Positions 14,706 to 28,536 of a stretch of 64,000 bases of DNA are shown piece after piece (position 1 is the stretch's first letter; the number at the start of each line of letters is the position of its first letter). Position numbers and translations under genes: made by a program. The notes under the pieces are model-generated. The model was not told the DNA's origin and searched no databases. It saw only the letters and a list, made by a program, of their open reading frames with translations. The stretch is from Eledone cirrhosa (taxonomy: Eukaryota): contig OZ024752.1 of the NCBI GenBank assembly GCA_964016885.1, positions 46,128,001 to 46,192,000 of the forward strand. The letters run 5' to 3'.

Positions 14706-15269
14706 ATGTATGTATGTATGTATGTATGTATGTATATGTCTGCTCCTACCCAGCTGTTTTACAAATATACACTGCTGGCAATGTATGTGAGTGAGTGTGT
14801 ATGTGTGTATGTATGTGTGCGTATGTATTACACGGAACTACGCATAGTGGTATGTGTGTATTATTATAAAAGGTTACAACAGATTGTGTGTGTTTGTGTG
14901 TGTGTATTATAAAGGTTACCAACAAAAGTTTGTTTGTGTGTGTGTGTGCATGTATGTATGTATGTGTGTGTGTATGTGTATGTGTTACATAAAACTATAT
15001 ATATGTGTGTGTGTTACATGGAATTATACATAACAAATGTATGTGTGTATATATATATATTATAAAAGGTTACCAACCACAGATTGTATGTGTAGGTGTA
15101 TATACCCCACCCCCCACAGTCCAATGTTTACCCACTTACCTAGAATACATCACTAACCAATCCTGTACTTTAAAATCTCTCTGTTTTGATATTCTGTCTG
15201 AGAATATTTTCAAAATAAATGGATTCCTTTCAAGAAGCAATGGGATTCTTTTTCGTTTTGTTTTGTTTT

Positions 15270-15517
15270 TGTCTTCTTCTGGTGAATAATTCCTCCAATA
15301 TGTCTCTGTTATTCTGATGAATAATTCCTCCAATATGTCTGCGTTATTCTGATGAATAATTCCTCCAATATGTCTGTGTTCTTCTGGTGAAGAATTCCTT
15401 CAACATGTCTCTGTTATTCTGATGAATAATTCCTCCAACATGTCTGAGTTCTTCTGGTGAATAATTCCTCCAATATGTCTGTGTTCTTCTGGTGAAGAAT
15501 TCCTCCAACATGTCTGT
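15270..15517. repeat. ~34-bp minisatellite
   Basis: ttctg(a/g)tgaataattcctccaatatgtctgtgtt repeated about 7 times. Confidence 0.9.
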
Positions 15518-16205
15518 ATATAGGAGTCAAAGACAGAAATAATCTTGGAGGTTACCAAATTATGGTGAGGTACCATGATGCTCTGAATATTGTTGAGTCA
15601 TGTAAATGTTGTTGTTGTTGTTGTGCTTGTTGATGTTATGGATGTTGTTGTTGATGTTATGGATGTTGTTGTTGTTGATGTTATGGATGTTGTTGTTGTT
15701 GTTGTTGATGTTATGGATGTTGTTGTTGTTGTTGATGTTATGGATGCTGTTGGATTGGCAGTATCAGTAGAGCATTGGACAATATGCTTTGTGACATTGA
15801 GTTATGACCCTTTATGTTCAGATTGTGCAACCACGTAGAAGCACTTGCGTTGCTGTTTGTTGTTGTTACTGCTGTTGTTGTTGTTTAGCCTCGTGTCACT
15901 TCGATTAGCTTGATCTGTGATGACCCCTGTCCAACCTTGCTAGCGAGAGAAAAAGACGGAGTGATTAAGGGCAATCTGGAATGGACCAAACTAAAAGTCT
16001 AAACTCTGTCTCAAGCCTTGAAAGCTCACCAGGCCAGTGCTTATGTTGGTTTCCGTGGCATGAAATAACTGAGAGTACAAGACTTCCCCCTGGACAGGAC
16101 ACCAGTCCATCACAGGGTTAAACTCTCCTACCTATTGCTGGTACTCATTTTTTTTTTTTTTTCAATTGAATATACTGGAGCAATGTGAAATGAAGTGTTT
16201 TGTTC

Positions 16206-16585
16206 AAGAACACAACGCACAACCCAGTCCAGGCCCCGAACCTATGACATTATCACCATAAGTCCAACACCCTTACCACTAGGCCACTCATCACCACAAG
16301 TAGTGTTAAGAACACAACACACAACCCAGTCCAGGCCCCGAACCTATGACATTATCACCATAAGTCCAACACCCTTACCACTAGGCCACTCATCACCACA
16401 AGTAGTGTTAAGAACACAACACACAACCCAGTCCAGGCCTCGAACCTATGACATTATCACCATAAGTCCAACACCCTTACCATTAGGCCACTCATCACCA
16501 CAAGTAGTGTTAAGAACACAACACACAACCCAGTCCAGGCCCCGAATCCGCGACATCATGATCTAAGTCCAATACCCTTACCACT
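16206..16585 (-). repeat. 102-bp tandem array of a SINE tRNA-like head (~3.7 copies)
   Basis: Minus-strand unit contains TGGCCTAGTGG (A box) and GGTTCGGGGCC (B-box-like). Confidence 0.85.
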
Positions 16586-16756
16586 TGACTACACACAACC
16601 AATCACTGACTTATATTTTATTTTGCTTCATTGTTACCCACTCTCCATCTAAATGCCATTCCCAAATATGTATGTCTTCCCTACTGCAAGATATTGTTCT
16701 CTTGTGTGGATGCCCTCCCACTGCTATTTTTAATGTTAAAATATATCTTTTATTAG

Positions 16757-16868
16757 GTGCTTGAACAGAAAGCCGACGGTATTTGGAAAGGATGTGTAAT
16801 TCATAATGACAGGATGTCCAAGCCTGGCTATTTCCCAGCTGACCATGTAGTTTTAGTGGACAGTCAAT
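16757..16868 (+). CDS. CASKIN: Caskin-like gene, internal exon (C-terminal half of SH3 domain)
   Basis: cttttattag acceptor and T|gtaagt donor; phase 0 to 1, in frame with the previous exon. VLEQKADGIWKGCVIHNDRMSKPGYFPADHVVLVDSQ resembles Caskin VLEQHPDGRWKGCIHD...GYFP. Confidence 0.92.
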
Positions 16869-17033
16869 GTAAGTATTATTTCAGCTTATCATGAAGGGTG
16901 GTGGATTGGCAGAATTGGTAGGGCGTTGGACAACATGCTTAGCAGCACAGAGTTATGGCCCTTTACATTCTGAGTTTAGACCGTCTTTTTCGGAAACAAC
17001 CATTAGTGGTAGTAGTTGAAAAACTGATAAGTC

Positions 17034-18558
17034 ATCATTGTTTCTGAAGAAGACTGTCTGATCTAACCTATATATTATGTCTGATAGTATACAGTTATAT
17101 AACTGCTATATATTATGTCTGATAATATACAGTTATATAACTGTTATATATTATGTCTGATAATATACAGTTATATAACTGCTATATATGAGGTCTGATA
17201 GTATACAGTTATATAACTGTTATATATTATGTCTGATAATATACAGTTATATAACTGCTATATATGAGGTCTGATAGTATACAGTTATATAACTGCTATA
17301 GATCAGGTCTGATAGTATACAGTTATATAACTGCTATATATGAGGTCTGATAGTATACAGTTATATAACTGTTATAGATCAGGTCTGATAGTATACAGTT
17401 ATATAACTGCTATAGATCAGGTCTGATAGTATACAGTTATATAACTGTTATATATCAGGTCTGATAGTATACAGTTATATAACTGTTATAGATCAGGTCT
17501 GATAGTATACAGTTATATAACTGCTATATATCAGGTCTGATAGTATACAGTTATATAACTGTTATAGATCAGGTCTGATAGTATACAGTTATATAACTGT
17601 TATAGATCAGGTCTGATAGTATACAGTTATATAACTGCTATAGATCAGGTCTGATAGTATACAGTTATATAACTGCTATAGATCAGGTCTGATAGTATAC
17701 AGTTATATAACTGTTATAGATCAGGTCTGATAGTATACAGTTATATAACTGTTATAGATCAGGTCTGATAGTATACAGTTATATAACTGTTATATATGAG
17801 GTCTGATAGTATACAGTTATATAACTGTTATAGATCAGGTCTGATAGTATACAGTTATATAACTGTTATAGATCAGGTCTGATAGTATACAGTTATATAA
17901 CTGTTATAGATCAGGTCTGATAGTATACAGTTATATAACTGCTATATATGAGGTCTGATAGTATACAGTTATATAACTGTTATATATGAGGTCTGATAGT
18001 ATACAGTTATATAACTGCTATAGATCAGGTCTGATAGTATACAGTTATATAACTGTTATAGATCAGGTCTGATAGTATACAGTTATATAACTGCTATAGA
18101 TCAGGTCTGATAGTATACAGTTATATAACTGCTATAGATCAGGTCTGATAGTATACAGTTATATAACTGTTATAGATCAGGTCTGATAGTATACAGTTAT
18201 ATAACTGCTATAGATCAGGTCTGATAGTATACAGTTATATAACTGTTATAGATCAGGTCTGATAGTATACAGTTATATAACTGCTATAGATCAGGTCTGA
18301 TAGTATACAGTTATATAACTGCTATAGATCAGGTCTGATAGTATACAGTTATATAACTGCTATATATGAGGTCTGATAGTATACAGTTATATAACTGCTA
18401 TAGATCAGGTCTGATAGTATACAGTTATATAACTGCTATATATGAGGTCTGATAGTATACAGTTATATAACTGTTATAGATCAGGTCTGATATAACTGCT
18501 ATAGATCAGACAATATGTCAATATGATCAACCCTCCGAAACGATCGTAAAACAATGAT
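17034..18558 (+). ncRNA. Hammerhead ribozyme motif split by a ~1.4 kb satellite in stem II
   Basis: atcattgttt (17034-43), CTGAAGA-A-G (17044-52), then C-GAAAC-GATC-GTA (18536-48) and aaacaatgat (18549-58), giving a perfect 10-bp stem I. Homologous copies with a short insert lie at 35.6 and 41.1 kb. Confidence 0.75.
17069..18500. repeat. 38-bp satellite, ~37 copies
   Basis: Unit tatagatcaggtctgatagtatacagttatataactg(c/t); contains the perfect palindrome cagttatataactg and the inverted pair atcag-gt-ctgat. Confidence 0.97.
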
Positions 18559-18615
18559 ATGAATAGGTAAAATAACTCGACTTTGTTGTTATTATTTTCA
18601 TTGTTAATTTAATAC

Positions 18616-18697
<82 letters not shown>

Positions 18698-18869
18698 CTA
18701 CATGTATATATATATACTTGTATGTATATCACATGTTGTTATAGAAGTATTGTCATTTTCTGATGGAATATGAAATCTTTGCCAGCTTGTGATGTCAGTC
18801 ATCTCAACCAACAGTAGTAGTAGTAGTAGTAGCAGCAGCAGCAGTAGTAGTAGTAGTAGCAGTAGCAGC

Positions 18870-18902
<33 letters not shown>

Positions 18903-19738
18903 TGAAAAACTGATGTCATCTTTGACTCTAGACTTCCTCCTATGGGTGTGGTAGTGTGGTGTAGTGGTGTGGTGTGGTAGTGTGGTGGTGTGTGATGTAG
19001 TGTGGTAGTGTGGTGGTGTGGTGGTGTGGTGGTGTGTGATGTAGTGTGGTAGTGTGGTGGTGTGTGATGTAGTGTGTGTTTTTTCCGTCTAGTGTTTTCA
19101 TGTTTTTCTTGTAAGATGAAAAAAAGACAATATACAAGTGAAATAAATAATTCTCTCTCTCTCTCTCTCTCTCTCCTTGATCTCTATCCATTCTTTCGGT
19201 GGTGGTGGTGACAGTAGTTATAAGCTTGGTAGTGGTGATGATGATGGTGGTGGTGGTGGTGGTAGTAGTGATGATGATGGTGGTGGTGGTGGTAGTGATG
19301 ATGATGATGGTGGTGGTGGTAGTGGTGATAATGATGGTGGTGGTGGTAGTGGTGATGATGATGGTGGTGGTGGTGGTGGTAGTGGTGATGGTGGTGGTGG
19401 TGGTAGTGGTGATGATGATGGTGGTGGTAGTGGTGATGGTGGTGGTGTCTGATTTATAATTTCTTGAAATGTATCAATTTAGATATTAACTGATTTCTGA
19501 TCATATTTCCAATGGAATACACATTATTTCAATTAATTAACAAAAAAATTACTAAATGTATTTCCTAAAATTATTAATTATTTCATTACAAAGATAATAA
19601 CTTAACATATGTTTCTTAATTAAAATCTTCTAACATAATTTTATACATCATTGAAACCCTTTAAAATGGTTTGAAATGGTTGGTTTTGTTTCATAGAACC
19701 AGAGCTGGGTTTTGACAAGTTTGTATCAAAAGACTTAA

Positions 19739-20405
19739 CCCTTTAGCATTTACATTACTGTGAAAATACAATAGTATATATATAGAGTAATGTAAATGTT
19801 ATGTGAGGTAAAGCCTTTACTGTGAAAATACAATAGTATATATAGAGTAATGTAAATGTTATGTGAGATATTATGTGAGGTAAAGCCTTTACTGTGAAAA
19901 TACAATAGTATATATAGAGTAATGTAATGTTATGTGAGATATGTGAGGTAAAGCCTTTACTGTGAAAATACAATAGTATATATAGAGTAATGTAAATGTT
20001 ATGTGAGATATTATGTGAGGAAAAGCCTTTACTGTGACAATACAATAGTATATATAGAGTAATGTAAATGTTATGTGAGATATTATGTGAGGTAAAGCCT
20101 TTACTGTGAAAATACAATAGTATATATAGAGTAATGTAAATGTTATGTGAGGTAAAGCCTTTACTGTGAAAATACAATAGTATATATAGAGTAATGTAAA
20201 TGTTATGTGAGATATTATGTGAGGTAAAGCCTTTACTGTGAAAATACAATACATTACTCTATATATACTATTGTATTTTCACAGTAAAGGCTTTACCTCA
20301 CATAATATTGAACTGAGATTTTGATATTATTTATTTTGAGAACACTGCCTTAACATCAGCATGAGCAGCCAATTATGGCCGGTTTGAACAGATAGAGGTG
20401 ATAGA
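19739..20405. mobile_element. Family 1 MITE with inverted 72-bp array, right end lost
   Basis: Left TIR is forward, array 19757-20251 is reverse, and forward sequence resumes at ~20251. Confidence 0.8.
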
Positions 20406-20594
20406 GAGAGAGGGGGGAGTGGGAGGTGGAGAGAGAAGGAGGAAGAGAAAGTTGTGGAATTGTGGAATGGAATTCTTCTGCAATGCCAGCTGGTTGTGGC
20501 ATACATTGGTACAGGGGGAGAGAGAGAGAGATAGAGACAGGGGGAGAGAGAGACAGAGACAGGGGGAGAGAGAGACTGACTGACAGACAGACAG

Positions 20595-20636
<42 letters not shown>

Positions 20637-21648
20637 GGGGAGAGAGGAGGGGCTGGGGGAGAAAGATTTTGGTGGGAATTCAAAAAGTAAACAAATGGAA
20701 TGTTAAAAGATGTTCATCTTCCTCTCTTTCTTCTCCTTCTTTTCTCCTTCCGTTATTATTATTATTAAAATAAATTAAAGGAACCATTATTGTTCTTACT
20801 GATACTCTCTCCCTCTCTCTCACACTCTTCCCTTCTCTCTCTTACACACACACTCTTCCCTCCTCTCTTTCACTCTCCCTCCCCCTCTCTCTCTCACACA
20901 CTCTTCCCTCCTCTCTCTTACACACACACACTCTTCTCTCTCACTTTCACTCTCCCTCCCACACACACACACACACTCTTCCCCCCTCTCACCCCCCCTC
21001 CTTTCCTCTACCTCTCTCTCACTCTCCCTCTCTCTCTCTCGCACACTCTTCTCTCTCACTTTCTCACCTCCCCCATTTCCTCTACCTCTCTCTCCATCTC
21101 ACACTCCCCCTATCACCCCTCCCTTTCCTCTACCTCTCTCTCTCTCTATATATTCTACCAATTTTTAATATCTCTTTGAAATGTCTGAGCTGACGTAAGA
21201 TGATAAATCTCACCCAACCAAGTCTGAAATTACAAGATAAATGCTACACTTTCCTAATGCCGTTATTTTTATGTTGTTTCTTCGTTAATGCTTCGTTAAT
21301 GTTTTGTTTTGTTTTGTTTTTCTTTGGTTTGGCTCACTAATTGAAAAACAATATCTCTGAGAAAAAAAAGAAAGTAAAAAAGAATCTTTTCCATGTAACT
21401 CAAACATATTGTGTTGCCGTCAGAAATTGTGAGGCGTTAATTAGACAACGATATTAAAACCCCTTTTTATCTATTCATTTATATGTATATTTGTTTGTTT
21501 GTTTCGTGTACTGTAGAAATGTCTATGACGGTGCAGAGTGTGTGATTAGCTCACTATGTTATGTAGATATGCTATCATCATCATCATCATCATCATCGGC
21601 ATCATCATTGTATGTCCATTGTTATATTAGCTCACTATATTATATATA

Positions 21649-21853
<205 letters not shown>

Positions 21854-22032
21854 ATCTTTAATAATCTTCTCCTCTGCTGATAACTTCCTTACAAGTTGGT
21901 CTTAAAAGTATTGTATGTGTATGTATATATATTTATATTTATATATATATATATATATATAAAAAAAGATGAAATCGAAAATGTAACTGCAGTCTTATTT
22001 TTAAAAAATATATATATATATTTATTTGGTTC

Positions 22033-22068
22033 CTTTACCGGTTTCGCAGTTCTTCTGCTTTTCAAAAG
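22033..22068 (-). ncRNA. Minimal hammerhead variant with U3-A8 covariation
   Basis: Minus strand: CTT TTGAAAA GCAG-aagaa-CTGC GAAA CCGG TA AAG. Palindromic stem III ACCGGT; followed by AATAAA and (TA)n. Confidence 0.65.
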
Positions 22069-22246
22069 TAGAGTTGAGATGGAGGGACCCCACTCCCTAT
22101 CATCTCATTTCTACAGGTGAGTAAACTGGAGCAATGTGAAATAAAGTGTCTTGCTCAAGGAAACAACACATCACCCGGTCTGAGAATTGAACTCACAACC
22201 TTTCGATTGCAAGGCCAATGCTCTAACCACTAAGCCATGTGCCTCC

Positions 22247-22301
<55 letters not shown>

Positions 22302-23396
22302 TAGATAGTGAAATAGTGCCACCGTTGTATGTAAATGAATATTGTCTTACATAGCACCCAAACCCACATCTTTGGCTACTGTGGCCATTTTGTTACCACC
22401 AAGCAGGGAAAAGTGGATGTAAAAAGATGATGATGATATGTGTACCCTGAAAGTTGGATTATGATAAGAAGGGCATCCAGCTTTAGAAACCTTGCTAAAA
22501 CAGGGCCAACAGGACTCTTTAGATGTGTGAAAAACACAACATCTTTAGTGTTGGTGGCATGATAAACACTCTTGCAACACTCTGTAAAGTGGTTGTTTAT
22601 AGGAAGGCTGTCTAACTGTAGAAACCTTGCTAAAACCAGGCCAAAAGAACTCTTTAGATGTGTCAACAACTCAAAACAATATCTTTAGTGTTGGTGGCAT
22701 GATAAACACTCTTGCAACACTCTGTAAAGTGGTTGTTTATAGGAAGGCTGTAGAAAAACCTACAAAGCAGAGTTGGGAGAATTCTTCAGCTGTATCAAAC
22801 GCAGGACAAACTCATTAGTGTTAGTTAACGCTATGATAAAATCCAACCGATTAATTCTGTAGAATGTGGGAATGTATGTCAGTAAGATATGGGCTTCTGA
22901 CCCTTCCATAAGGATGGTGGCTTCAATTAAGTACTGACTTGGTCTAACCTGGACAACCTTTGTGTGTGTGTGTGTGGGACAGCTCACACCTATGCAGGTT
23001 TAGCTGGCCTCCTCCAAGGTATATCTCGTTGGAGGTGTCTTGCGTGATTTAATAATGATAGAGACCCCAGTCCTATCATCTCATTTCTACAGCTGGGTAA
23101 ACTAGAGCAACATGAAATAAAGTGCCTTTGCTCAAGGAAACAACACATCACCTGGTCCGAGAATTGAACTCACAACCTTTCGATTGCAAGCCCAATGCTC
23201 TAACCACTAAGCCATGTGCCTTCACATGGACAACCCTTGCTAGCAGGGAAAATAGGTGTTAAATGATGATGAACATTGTATCTTAAAACTGGGGTTGGCA
23301 GCCTCGGGAGGTTTGGTATCAAAAGGGTTAGGGTTAGGACTACAGCTAGATGCCAGTTTGAACAACCCTATTTAGGAATTGTGTTTTTTTTCTAGG

Positions 23397-23510
<114 letters not shown>

Positions 23511-23649
23511 ATGTATATATATATATATATATATATCTTTTTTTTTTGTCTTTATAAATATATCCAGTGTTATTCAACACAATAATATGTTTGTTTAGCT
23601 GTTCTGCTTGTGTCATAATCCCCTGCTGGTTTCTGTGTGGTACATGGAC

Positions 23650-23682
<33 letters not shown>

Positions 23683-24212
23683 AGGGAGGATAGAGGGTGT
23701 GTGTGTGTGTGAGGGGGGGGGGGGTTACTGATGTAGATAGGCACCAAATGTAGCAGTGATGAAACAGTGTTGTTCTTGTTGAGGATAGTGGTGGTGGTGG
23801 TGGTGATGGTGGTGATGGTGGCGGTCATGTTGGTGGTGGTGGTGGTGGTGGTGGTGGTGGTGGTGGTGGTATTGGTGGTGATGGTGATGATGGTATTGGC
23901 GATGGCGGTGGTGGTGGTGGGAGTGGCAGTGGTGGTGATGATGGTGGTGGTCGTGGGAGGAGGGTTAGCTGTCTCTGTGTCTGGCATGCTGACTTCATAC
24001 ATATAGATAGACATGGGCTGGTGATCAAGGTTTATGGCAGAGAGCTGGGATGGTGGGTGATGAATGAAGGCCTCATTAGCCTCTCTAGATTATGGGGGGG
24101 GGGGGGGGGTTATTATCTGGAATGTAGAACCTCTTTAGATTTCAACGATCAGTTCTCCGGTGGTTCAATCAACGATCAACTGAGGAGGATAACGAGCTTG
24201 TGGAATTAATGC

Positions 24213-25380
24213 ACACTAACACATATACACACACACATATACACACACTAACACATACATATATACACATACACATATACACATATACACACACACTAAC
24301 ACATATACACATACACATATACACACACACACTAACACATATACACACACACACTAACACATATACACACACACACTAACACATATACACACACACATAC
24401 ACATATACACACACACACATACACATATACACATATACACATACACATATACACATATACACACACACATACACATATACACACACACATACACATATAC
24501 ACATATACACATATACACATACACATATACACATATACACACACACTAACACATATACACATACACACTAACACATATACACACATACACACACACTAAC
24601 ACATATACACACACTAACACATACATATATACACACACACTAACACATACACATATACACATATACACACACACTAACACATATACACATACACATATAC
24701 ACACACACTAACACATATACACACACACTAACACATATACACACACACTAACACATATACATATACACATACACTAACACATATACACATACACTAACAC
24801 ATATACACTAACACATATACACATACACATATACACACACACTAACACATATACACACACACACACTAACACATATACACACACACTAACACATATACAC
24901 ATACACACTAACACATATACACATACACATATAAACACACTGACACACACATGCACACACAAACACTCATATACACGCTAAAATACACACACACACACAC
25001 ACACACACTAAAACACACACAAAGACAAATGCATGCACACAAACACACACACACACACTAAAACACACACATAAAGACAAATGCATGCACACAAACACAC
25101 ACACACACACACACTAAAACACACACATAAAGACAAATGCATGCACACAAACACACACACACACACACACTAAAACACACACATAAAGACAAATGCATGC
25201 ACACAAACACACACACACACACACTAAAACACACACATAAAGACAAATGCATGCACACAAACACACACACTAAAACACACACATAAAGACAAATGCATGC
25301 ACACAAACACACACACACACACACTAAAACACACACATAAAGACAAATGCATGCACACATATACACACACAAACACACAC
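24213..25380. repeat. CA-rich composite minisatellites
   Basis: cactaacacatatacac units, then ~60-bp ctaaaacacacacataaagacaaatgcatgcacacaaacac units. Confidence 0.9.
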
Positions 25381-26026
25381 AAACCCCCCCCCCCACCCGA
25401 CCTAATGGTTATGAAGTAACCATGTCAACCATTCAGACCATGTTCTGTCCATTATCTAAGAAGATAATGACAGGGGTTTCTTTGGTTGTGGGTTACTAAA
25501 CAGATTAGCTTCTTGACTTCCTGTCAGCGATGATAGGGCAGGGTAGGGCAGGGTAGGGAAAGACAGGGCAGGGCAGGGAAAGACAGGGCAGTTGATGTTA
25601 ACAGAGAGAGAGCAGGAAGATATTGATGCACCCATGTGGAGGTAAGGGCATATTGAAGGTACCTGTGATGGGCTGGGGTATAATGAGGGCACCTGCAAGG
25701 GAGTAGGAGCTATTGAGGGCACCTGTGTGGGTGTGGAAGATATTGAGTGCACCTGTGTTGGAGTGGGAGATATTGAGGGCACCTGTGTTGAGTAGGGGGA
25801 CAATCCAACCACAGATACACATACATACATACACATACATACATACATATACATACATACATACATACATACACACACATACACACATACATACATACAC
25901 ATACATACACACACATACATACATACACATACACACATACACATACATACATACACATACATACAGAAAGTTATCACTCGCCAGTAGGTGATATAAAGCC
26001 AACTGCTGTTAAGCTTAACTTAATTA

Positions 26027-26655
26027 TCACCACTCAACATCACCTTACCCCACCACCACCACTCAACTGTTGTCTACACCACCACCACTCAACATCACCT
26101 TACCCCACCACCACTCAACTGTTGTCTACACCACCACCACTCAACATCACCTTACCCCACCACCACTCAATTCCTGTCTACACCACCACTCAACTGTTGT
26201 CTACACCACCACCACTCAACATCACCTTACACCACCACCACCACTCAATTCCTGTCTACACCACCACTCAACATCACCTTACACCGCCACCACTCAAGTA
26301 CAGTCTACACCACCACTCAACATCACCTTACACCACCACCACCACTCAACATCACCTTACACCACCACCACCACTCAACATCACCTTACACCGTCATCAC
26401 TCAAGTGCAGTCTAAACCACCACTCAACTGTTGTCTACACCACTCAACATCACCTTACACCACCACCACTCAACATCACCTTACCCCACCACCACTCAAG
26501 TGCAGTCTACCACCACTCAACTGTTGTCTACACCACCACCACTCAACAGCACCTTACACCGCCACCACTCAAGTGCAGTCTACACCACCACTCAACTGTT
26601 GTCTACACCACCACCTCTCAACAGCACCCTACACCACCATCACCACCACTCAACA
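26027..26655. repeat. Composite minisatellite
   Basis: Interleaved caccaccactcaacatcaccttac and caccactcaactgttgtcta modules. Confidence 0.9.
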
Positions 26656-27696
26656 TGCGTATATATGGGTGACAATGTTTCATATATGTGTGTGTGTGAG
26701 TGTCTCTGTGTACATGTGTGTGTGTGTGTGTGAGTGTCTCTGTGTACATATGTGTGTGTGTGAGTGTCTGTGTACATGTGTGTGTGTGTGTCTCTGTATA
26801 CATATGTCTATATGTCTATTTACCTGTGCATACAGAGGTGTGTGAGTGTGTGTCTGTGTGTGTATATCTGTATGTGTGTCTATGAGTGTCTGTGTATTAT
26901 GTATGTGTGTGTGTATGTACGTGTGTGTGTGCGTGAGAGAGACAGTGTGTGTATGTGTGAGAGCGAGAGAGACAGTGTATGTATGTGTGTGTGTGAGAGA
27001 GAGACAGTGTGTGTGTGTGTGATGTCTACCTAGATTAAACCTAACAGTCTAAACAACATTACCGTTGGTGGAGAACTCCCCCCCCACCCCGATATTACGC
27101 TACCCTGGGTGGTGTTAAATTTAGGGTAGCTGATATTACCTACCCATGGCCCACAATTCTATACTTTGGGGAGTTTGGTGGGTGGTTATGTGGCAGCGCA
27201 GTACCCGGGTAGTAGCAGCTTCCTTTTTTGTAGCTTGACCTCTTTCGCAAACACACCCACACCACCCTTCACACACACTCCACCCTTCACACACACACAC
27301 ACTCCACCCTTCACACACACACACACACTCCACCCTTCACACACACACACACATATTTATATATATACACACGTACCCATTTACGTGTGTTGTATTGAGC
27401 CAATTAACTGTGTGTCTACTCTAGGATTTTTACATAACCTTACCTATTGAGTACCCTGAGATGTAACCGGTACTAGCAGTGAAACCTTATGCTAGTCCCG
27501 TCAACTTCTTGTTATATATACACACACATACATATACGCATGTCCCCCAAAAATGTATACTCTTCAAACAACATTCTAATAAATTATTGCTTGTGTATAC
27601 ATTTTTGGGGGGACCCCCTGTATATATATATATATATATATATATCATCATCATCATCATCACCGTTTTACGTCCGTTCTTCCATGCTAGCATGGG

Positions 27697-27754
<58 letters not shown>

Positions 27755-28536
27755 AGATAGAAAGAGATAGAGACCTACCAATGCTAACATGGAAAATGGA
27801 TGTTAAACACGGTTGTTGTTGATGATGACGATGATGATGATGATGACGATGTTGTTGATGATGATGATCATGATGATTATATATGGAAAAATTAGTTTTT
27901 TTTTGTTTTTTGTTTTACAAATGTTTCAAAGGCATATTATGAAATTCAGCATTTATACATAGAATTTCTGTGTAATTCGTTTAAGTGATATAAATAATTT
28001 AAATATAAACAATTTTAATCCATACATAACTTGTTTTCCTCAGAAGAACTTAAAAAATATCAATTTAAAGCAGATTTAACAGAATTCCATTTTCACTTTA
28101 TTGAAATATCCTTGGAAAATATGTAAAGAATTAAATATTATTTAAAAAGTAATTTTTCTATCTATATATTATATTTGTTTGGCTATTATATATAATTCTC
28201 CACATAAAATTGAGTTAACCACAATCGGTGGTAACCACAAAGGACGGCTATTTCTGGACTCCAGAAATAACCGTCGAAACGGATTGAGCTCTGCTGTTGG
28301 GGTCCTGACTCTTTTCCTTTCATCATCATCATCATCATTTTACGTCCGCTTTTCCCTGCTTGCAAGGGTGTGACGGGTCTTATTCAGCACAGCATCTCTC
28401 CACTCGTCGCGGTCCTTCGTCATCTCCACCGTGAGCTTTAGCGATCTGAGGTCTGTTCTCACCACCTCTGCCCATGTTTTTCGTGGTCTACCTCTACCAC
28501 GTCTTCCTTCAACTGGCATTTCCTATACATATATAT

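Noticed and set aside
15270-15517. Repeated CTGATGA as hammerhead cores
   Set aside because: No downstream GAAA-stem III-NUH or stem I pairing.
17069-18500. CRISPR-like appearance of the palindromic 38-bp array
   Set aside because: Units are contiguous with no unique spacers, there are no cas genes, and the context is eukaryotic.
27905-28050. Minus-strand CTGAGGA...GAAACATTTGTA hammerhead candidate
   Set aside because: Stem I has only about 2 bp and the region is very AT-rich, so chance is likely.
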